From Eledone cirrhosa (taxonomy: Eukaryota), in assembly GCA_964016885.1 (NCBI GenBank), contig CAXHJY010000524.1:1-24170 (forward strand): DNA of 24,170 bases, read 5' to 3'. The notes beneath the pieces are model-generated. The model saw only the letters and a program-made list of their open reading frames with translations. It searched no databases and was not told the origin of the DNA. The translations under genes and the position numbers were made by a program. Below, piece by piece: positions 13,922 to 24,170 of this stretch. Each line of letters starts with the position of its first letter. The stretch's first letter is position 1.

Positions 13922-14607
<686 letters not shown>

Positions 14608-15215
14608 GGTGGCTGCCAACTCGTTTTCGAGTACGGCCACTACTTTATATCCATGTAGGAGAACCCCTACCGATGCGCTGAACGAGTGTGACTTTTTAGT
14701 CCAGCCAGCGACTTGAAAACTCTGGTACAAACACTACACTTGTGACAATTACTGACACATAGTGCTGGGCCCATGGTACCATGTGACGACAAGTGCAGAG
14801 AGATCTCCAGATATAAAGCAATGCCTGTGCCGTGAAGCTTTTATAGTGAGCAAAGGCACTGCACAAAGCCAGTCCCACTCTCTTAACCAAGATGATATTT
14901 ACCAAAAAGAAGAACAAGTCAACATCATTGGATACCATCAGGGTTGCAGGTGTTATATCAGAGTTTTCCTTCTCCTAGAATTCTGCCTTGACAAAGGCTA
15001 AGGGGTCATCTCTCCCGGTGATTTTGGATGGCCATTGACTCTTAAGAGCTCCTTTGCCCTTTGACAGGTTTTGTTTTTAGTCCTGCAGGATGTCCAAAGT
15101 CACCCTCCTCACCAAGAAACCTTGGTGGGGTTGCCAGTTTAGTCGCCAACGACCCGACCATGGGACAGGTTGTACTGGGATACATGTTACCAGTAGCACC
15201 AACTGGTGACCTGAC
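14608..15215. mobile_element. 608-bp non-coding interspersed element, copy A (possibly an RTE-related non-autonomous retroelement)
   Basis: Second copy at 17564-18171 with the same ends and length and about 12 substitutions. Both are bounded by TA tracts; no TIRs. The RTE link is from memory of similar motifs only. Confidence 0.75.
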
Positions 15216-15907
<692 letters not shown>

Positions 15908-16305
15908 TAATGAGAGGAATTCCAACTTTGTCTGATTTACTCGTTTTATTTACAATCCTTTAAAATATATATAATGGTATTATAATGAAATAGTATGATA
16001 GAATATTAAATTCTAAGTGTTAATTGAACAAGTACTTTCATGCTTTCGCAATCTTCAGGTTCATGATATGTGGTGACAGTCGAGTTTGCAATTTTCAACT
16101 GTAATGAGATGGGTAAATTTCCTACCTTTTATACATTTTATACAGAGAAAAGTGGCTCCAGAATGCAAAGCCCTCTAAACTGTATTTCGACCAATCAGTG
16201 TGTAGTTTCACTGAATTACTAAAGCTGATTGGTTTAAGCGTCACGGCTGGTTGAGCATGCTAACGACCAATACTCATATCCAACGTATCAATTGTTTTGC
16301 TTTTT

Positions 16306-17563
<1,258 letters not shown>

Positions 17564-18171
17564 GGTGGCTGCCAACTCGTTTTCGAGTACGGCCACTACT
17601 TTATATCCATGTAGGAGAACCCCTACCAATGCGCTGAACGAATGTGACTTTTTAGTCCAGCCAGCGACTTGAAAACTCTGGTACAAACACTACACTTGTG
17701 ACAATTATTGACACATAGTGCTGGGCCAATGGTACCATGTGACGACAAGTGCAGAGAGATCTCCAGATATAAAGCAATGCCTGTGCTGTGAAGCTTTTAT
17801 AGTGAGCAAAGGCACTGCACAAAGCCAGTCCCACTCTCTTAACCAAGATGATATTTACCAAAAAGAAGAACAATTCAACATCATTGGATACCATCAGGGT
17901 TGCAGGTGTTATATCAGAGTTTTCCTTCTCCTAGAATTCTGCCTTGACAAAGGCTAAGGGGTCATCTCTCCCGGTGATTTTGGATGGCTATTGACTCTTA
18001 AGAGCCCCTTTGCCTTTTGACAGGTTTTGTTTTTAGTCCTGCAGGATGTCCAAAGCCACCCTCCTCACCAAGAAACCTTGGTGGGGTTGCCAGTTTAGTC
18101 GCCAACGACCCGACCATGAGACAGGTTGTACTGGGATACATGTTACCAGTAACACCAACTGGTGACCTGAC
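17564..18171. mobile_element. 608-bp non-coding interspersed element, copy B
   Basis: Direct repeat of 14608-15215 (offset 2956), no indels. Confidence 0.75.
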
Positions 18172-18802
<631 letters not shown>

Positions 18803-18982
18803 TAACTCGATAACTTGACTGTTATTGTTTAAGCTATATAGTCCAGAAACAGCCCTCGAAACGGCTTGAGCTCTGCCGTCGGGGTCCTGAATCTTTTCCT
18901 ATTACCCACTCTACTATCGAGTACAGCCGTTTTCTTCCAGTGAGTTAGAATGAGCTAGAGATTGTGGAAAAATCGTCTCCAA

Positions 18983-19112
18983 TACTGAGTTGATAATTTT
19001 CTTCAAAGTATGGCAGGCAAAATTGACCTCTTTGGCGTTTGAACTCAAAATGAAGACAACCGAAACTAATGTCGCAAAGCACTCTATCCAAGGGATTAAT
19101 AACTGTCAATTT
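18983..19112 (-). mobile_element. Highly degenerate tRNA-SINE fragment
   Basis: AGGCAAAATTGACCTCTTTGGCGTTTGAACTCA resembles AGGCAAAGTTAACCTCGGCGGGATTTGAACTCA of the 20329-20503 SINE. Confidence 0.55.
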
Positions 19113-20054
19113 GTAGCCTTAATAACTGAATAGCAAGATTTATATCTGTGGAGTTACCTTGTATATGCATTAAATTATATCAAAATATTGGTAGTGAATC
19201 TGATATATTCCGACTCATTTTTTACTTTTGATATCTATTTTCTGTTCTCTTTCTCTCTTCATTTCTCTCGTTTTTTTTTTTTGTGTAACCTTTAGTGGCA
19301 TGAAGTGGATATGAGATTGTATATACATAGGAAATAAATATGGCTATGGAAAGTTAAATAAAATATGAGTGCATGTCACTCTCTGTTGTTCAAGCCATAC
19401 ACAGACTATATTTACCGAATTATTTAATATGATTCACAAGAAAACACTTCTGCGTCTTCTTTGTATGAATCGCCGTAAAAGAAGAATACCGACAATATTT
19501 TCCTATGGCTGTACTTCATCTTACGAATACATGTACTTTATGTAGACGCGAAAAGCATACTGAATATACGAAATAAAAAGAAAGAAAAACTAAAACCCAG
19601 CAACTGATAGAAGTGTATTTATCTATAATTTAATATACATATGAAGTTAATTGCGTGGATTTGACACTGCTGTTATTTATTTTGGACAAGAAATGTTTGT
19701 TAAAGAGTTATGCAAGCTAAAATTAGTTATTTTACCGAAAACATCTATAGTTATTGTTTGAAATAACCTCTATCTGCAGGCAATCCCATATTTAATGCAT
19801 ATCATATATAGGCAAAAAGGACTTATGAATAGGTTATTATCATCGATAAAATACAACTATGATATCTCATTAAATAAGCCTTGAATATTATTTACACCAT
19901 ATAATAGAAGAAATAACTAAATAAGAAGGACAATGCAACTTCATACATCCAGTGCTTATGATAGGAGTCTAAGTGAAGTGCAAGTATTACTGCATTTATT
20001 ACTTTCTTAGCATTGCATGCTTTTCTTTGGGACTAGAACAATAACCGACATAGA

Positions 20055-20596
20055 TGCAGGCATGGCTGTGTGGTTAAGGAGTTCGCTTCGCAAACACGTG
20101 GTTTCATATTTAGCACCATTGCATGGTATCTTGGGCAAGGGTTTTCTACTATATACTCCAATTGACCAATAGCTTGCGAACAAACCTTTTTAAAGGGAAA
20201 CTGTGCGGAAGTCGGTTGTATGTGGTGTGTGTATGTTCATATTTATTGTTTGTGTGTGTCCTGTAACTTAGCGGTTCGACACAAAACAGATCGATAAAAT
20301 AAGTACCAGTCCTAAAAAAATAAATAATTGTTTCTACTTTTTGGCACAAGGCCAGTAATTACCCAGTACATTACAGGTACTTTATTTTATCGACCCCGTA
20401 AGGATGAAAGGCAAAGTTAACCTCGGCGGGATTTGAACTCAGAATGGTAAGAGCCATAACTCTATGCGTCAAAGCATGGCGTCCGACGCCTCTACCGATA
20501 CTGAAAAATAAATAATGGTAATTAATATAATCAATCAAATCCCTTCAAAGCGGTGTCACGGCCTAGCCGCAGTATAATGACTAAAGCCTAAAAAAG
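20055..20596 (+). mobile_element. Older, longer tRNA-derived SINE interrupted by a nested SINE
   Basis: Box A-like TGGCTGTGTGG, core CTTGGGCAAG, internal TG-rich run, GTAACTTAGCGGTTCG..GATAAAATAAGTACCAG. A degenerate tail GCGGTG..GCCGCAGTATAATGACTAAAG resumes after the insert. Confidence 0.7.
20329..20503 (-). mobile_element. tRNA-derived SINE (same subfamily as 459-642), nested, with 13-bp TSD
   Basis: Reverse-complement homolog of 459-642. AAAAATAAATAAT occurs at 20316-20328 and 20504-20516. Confidence 0.9.
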
Positions 20597-20664
20597 TGTA
20601 TATCATTTTGAAACTGTTGGAGCCCATCGCTCTCTAGGTATGGATACAGTTGATTTCTTCTTCT

Positions 20665-20666
<2 letters not shown>

Positions 20667-20694
<28 letters not shown>
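20667..20694. repeat. (GA)n microsatellite
   Basis: Directly visible. Confidence 0.95.
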
Positions 20695-20695
<1 letters not shown>

Positions 20696-20705
20696 TCTAC
20701 GTTAG

Positions 20706-20843
20706 TGCTGGAGTAGTACTCTATCAACCCCGAAAGGATGGAAAGCGAAGGAGACCTTGGTGGATTTGAACTAAGGGTGCTGTGAGCCGAAACAAAATAA
20801 GAGGCGTTTGAAATAGAGCGCCCCAAGGACTCTATTAGCCACC
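20706..20843 (-). mobile_element. Degenerate tRNA-SINE
   Basis: TATCAACCCCGAAAGGATG..GACCTTGGTGGATTTGAACT matches the SINE body and box B. Confidence 0.7.
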
Positions 20844-21483
20844 TATTCGTACAATTTGCCACCAGTCGGTATAATAATAGATAGACCATAAATTTTTAAA
20901 AGCAAAGATTATTAGTTACTTAACATTATATTTATATATATTATTGTGTATAACAACAGAAACACCATATTCTGATGAATCATATGTATTTAAGATATAA
21001 TGACAAAGATAAAAAGAAGAAAAGAGCAGAGAGAGCAGATTCTACCCTCTTGGTTCGACGTTCTATCTTAGATGTACCACGCGGTCAAAAGAGTGACAGC
21101 GTTACCGCGGAGAATAGCCTGTGATAATAGTTGCCACATGGAGTACATTCTCAAAGTAATTTTTTGTACTATATTTTGTTATCAAATAGAATTCTGCCAT
21201 GTTTTGCTTTCATTAACAAAAAAAAAAGTAAAAAAAGTAAAAAAAGTAGAAACAATTATCTGCACAATTCCTAACGAGTTTGAGATAAGCAGGCCATGGC
21301 TGTGATGAAGTATGTGTTAGACAATAACTAAATAAAATTTGTATATACTTCAATTGCTAGAGCCAAAATTATAATCAATATGTCGCAAACAAAATATCAA
21401 CATTTCCAAGTTTCCAGCTCACTTGTTTCGACATAGTAAACAAGATTACACATTAAGATAATTTAACAAAACACGATCTGTTT

Positions 21484-21549
<66 letters not shown>

Positions 21550-21602
21550 TTATTGGCAACATGACCCTCCCAAAGTATAACAATATATATATTATATATA
21601 TA

Positions 21603-21681
21603 TAGGGCGTTCCCAAAGAATGTATACACATATTTATTAGAATGCTGTTGAAGTATGTATACACTTTTTGGGGAAACCCTG
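21603..21681. mobile_element. 79-bp Tc1/mariner-type MITE flanked by TA
   Basis: Left TAGGGCGTTCCCAAAGAATGTATACA versus reverse complement of the right end CAGGGTTTCCCCAAAAAGTGTATACA: 20/26 identity. TA on both sides. Confidence 0.75.
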
Positions 21682-22475
21682 TATATATATATATATGTGT
21701 GTGTTTTTGTGTGTATACAAATGTTCGCTTTCATATATGCAAATATTCCTAGCTTTATCATCATATCGACATTCTCAGCGAACCACACACACACATATAT
21801 ACACAGTTATAAAGATAGACAAATATATATAAACATATACGTAATTACATAATACACATATACATAAATATAAATACACAACCACACACACATATATGTA
21901 TATATACATAATAGTTTAGATGTGTTGATCACACAACCATATAAAGGCAAAGAATAATTCAAAGCTCAAATGTGATTTTGTAGTCCACAGCAAGACAAGT
22001 AAAAGTCTGTTACGAGTTTAATCTAATCGGTAAATTTCCAATCGGAGTAGTTTTACTATACCATAGACCATATACTAAATTAATACAAATAACCAGGATT
22101 AAATTACATTGAATTATTTAATTGATTTACAAACGTTTCTATCAATACAGTAAGAAAATATATTTCCCTTTTATTGATTTCTTCAGAATCTATTCAACAA
22201 CATACATAACACAATTATTTACCAACCAAATGTCCAATTATCTCCATTCCGAAAACGTTTACGTACTTCCAGCTTGTTAAACCTGTACGCCTTAGAGATC
22301 TACTCATCGCCGTAGATCCTTGGAATGAATCCGTGTCTGTTATTCGTTCAAGGGGCTAAGAAGCACCTGTACATGAATTTGATTGTACACACACACACAC
22401 ACACACACTCACACACATATATATATCAGGGGCGAAGGGTGCGTGCATTATAGAATCTTGAGTTGATCATTTGCA

Positions 22476-22761
22476 TCGGTTGAAGCAAGCAGAATTTTGG
22501 CTGCTTACTAAAACGTATAGACACAAAAAAAGATAACACACACACATACACACAACCACATACACACATACACACAAACACAGAACAGCTTTGGGGCAAG
22601 CAGAACTTTGACTGCTTACTAAATCGTAGACACATAAAAAGATAACGGACACACACACACACATACACACGAACACACGACAGCGTCGGTTGAAGCAAGC
22701 AGTATTTTGGCTGCTTACTAAATTGTAGACACATAAAAAGATAACACACACACACACACAC
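22476..22761. repeat. Three-copy ~105-bp imperfect tandem repeat with CA-rich spacers
   Basis: GCAAGCAGnAnTTTGnCTGCTTACTAAA..AGACACA.AAAAGATAAC followed by (CA)n, in units starting near 22476, 22591 and 22686. Confidence 0.85.
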
Positions 22762-22859
22762 TAGATAACACTACATGCGGTTTTAACCGGGAGGGTCATT
22801 TAGAGGGAATTGGGGGGGGGGGGTAAGGCTGCACGGTCCCACTTTCCGCCCTGGGCCTT

Positions 22860-23670
22860 CCGTCTTTGTTTCCGCATTTGATTATGTGTTTCCGGAAAGA
22901 CGAGGCCCTGGTGTTGATGTCCTCCTTGATCAGGACATGTAGTGGCCGGAAGGTGCTACCGATGTAGAAGTCGTTACACTTGTCACATTCTACCTTGTAT
23001 ACGACGTACGTGCGTATGCAACAGTTCGTCTGGCGCATCGGACAGTTGTTGAGGGAACACGCGTCAACCAATTTCTCGGGTTTCCTGGAGAAGCAAGTCC
23101 GTATGGAGGGGCCTAAGTGGGCCAAGTGGATGTCGAGGCTCTCCCTCTGTATAGCCGTGCGGATAGCGTTGGTGGTTTTCTCGTCCAGGTACGGTAATTT
23201 AAGGAAGCACTTGCCTTTGGTGTTTCTCTGCCTCTTGCGTCTGGTGTCTCTTACTCTGCTTGTAAATAATGCTGGATATCCGTTCGTCTCCACTACCCTG
23301 TGGAACCGCTTGGTATGGGCGACACCACTTACGGGATCGCTGCATCTATTTTTAATCCGTGTGATCTTGTTCGTGATGTACCCTCTTTTAGCACTGTTAG
23401 GAAGGGCATATTTGTAGTGGACGAACAAGTCTCTGCAGGCTGCCTTGCGGTAGAAGTTGGTGTTGATCCCTCCATGCTCCATGATTTGATTCGGAAGTCG
23501 AGGAGGGCAAGGGACCCGTCGTCGTTGGGGTGTTCAACACTGAAGTCAATATTCTCATCCGTGTTGCTGAACGTCTCGTAAATCCCGTTCGCCATCTCTT
23601 GGGAAGATGTGAGGATGAGGATGTTGCCCACGTATCTTGAGAAGAAGGCGACGGCGCTGGGGTGGCAGGT
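22860..23670 (-). pseudogene. Decayed Penelope-type PLE fragment (RT C-terminal motifs, thumb, GIY-YIG), a different family from copies 1 and 2
   Basis: RYVGN (degenerate RYVDD), FSVEHP..GSLALLDF, then a frameshift near 23485. Continues T.FYRK..H, NGYP, LPY, and VVYKVECDKCNDFYIGSTFRPL. Confidence 0.88.
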
Positions 23671-23684
23671 GTTGAGTGTGTGTG

Positions 23685-23686
<2 letters not shown>

Positions 23687-23731
<45 letters not shown>
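23687..23731. repeat. (CA)n microsatellite
   Basis: Directly visible. Confidence 0.95.
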
Positions 23732-23738
<7 letters not shown>

Positions 23739-23906
23739 CATATGGTGGTGTGCTCCCGTATCTCTTGATAGAGTCTTAGGGACTTATGGAGTTTCTTAAG
23801 CCTGGCGGAGCCCATCCCTCTCTACGCCTGAGTACAGCAGATTTCTTTGAGAGAAAAATAGAAGTGATAGAGATGAAATGAGAAAGAGATATAGAGGAAG
23901 AATAGA

Positions 23907-24013
23907 CCTCAGTACCAGACTGATACTTTTTTATCGACTCGAAAGGATCAAAGGCAAGGTTGACCTCGGCGTGATTTGAACTCAGAGAGCCGGAACGAAT
24001 ACCGTGAAGCATT
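23907..24013 (-). mobile_element. Degenerate tRNA-SINE fragment
   Basis: TTTATCGACTCGAAAGGATCAAAGGCAAGGTTGACCTCGGCGTGATTTGAACTCAG matches the SINE body and box B. Confidence 0.8.
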
Positions 24014-24170
24014 CTAATAATAAATCTAGTGGGAATGACCACTGTACTACAGAGTCTCTAGACATAATAAATAGTAAGTATAAAATTGTTAATAAACGCT
24101 CTGAAATTTGTAATTCTTGTTTACACAAAATTAATAAGACAATTTCGTTGAGTATATAATTAACACTTCA

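Noticed and set aside
14696-15001. 79-80 aa ORFs repeated in both 608-bp copies
   Set aside because: No recognisable motifs. Preservation is expected at about 2% divergence.
15040-15215. HDV-like or twister ribozyme on the minus strand of the 608-bp element
   Set aside because: GGCGACTAAACTGG and GAGGAGGG are suggestive, but I could not build the P3/L3/P1.1 nested pseudoknot or the twister core.
22268-22356. Possible minus-strand host exon (AG..GTACGT; PLERITDTDSFQGSTAMSRSLRRTGLTSW)
   Set aside because: Weak acceptor, no homology recognised and no partner exons. It needs RNA-seq.

Overview
Eukaryotic, AT-rich, repeat-saturated DNA with no convincing host gene. The SINEs resemble octopus/cephalopod families as I recall them (inference). 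Positions 1-18800 are a chain of retroelement insertions separated by seven long (TA)n/(TACA) tracts. The chain holds two copies of a Penelope-like element (PLE; C-terminal GIY-YIG endonuclease, probably Naiad type), each ending in a minimal hammerhead ribozyme; a 5'-truncated LINE with an uninterrupted RT ORF; and two copies of a 608-bp non-coding element. The main result is a near-perfect array of a 422-bp non-coding unit (7515-10151). Each unit carries a type I hammerhead ribozyme with a palindromic stem III and is extensively self-complementary, so it is a candidate non-LTR retrozyme (circular-RNA retroelement). The array is 4.4 units in one orientation joined head-to-head to 1.8 inverted units. 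Both outer ends are RNA-sense 3' ends fused to (TA)n. The adjacent PLE has the same architecture, and its inverted 5' piece stops at its own ribozyme cleavage site. This suggests a TA-targeting PLE/retrozyme autonomous/parasite pair. The distal 5 kb holds degenerate and nested tRNA-SINEs, a 79-bp Tc1/mariner-type MITE and a decayed second PLE. All the Ile/Tyr-repeat ORFs are microsatellite artefacts.
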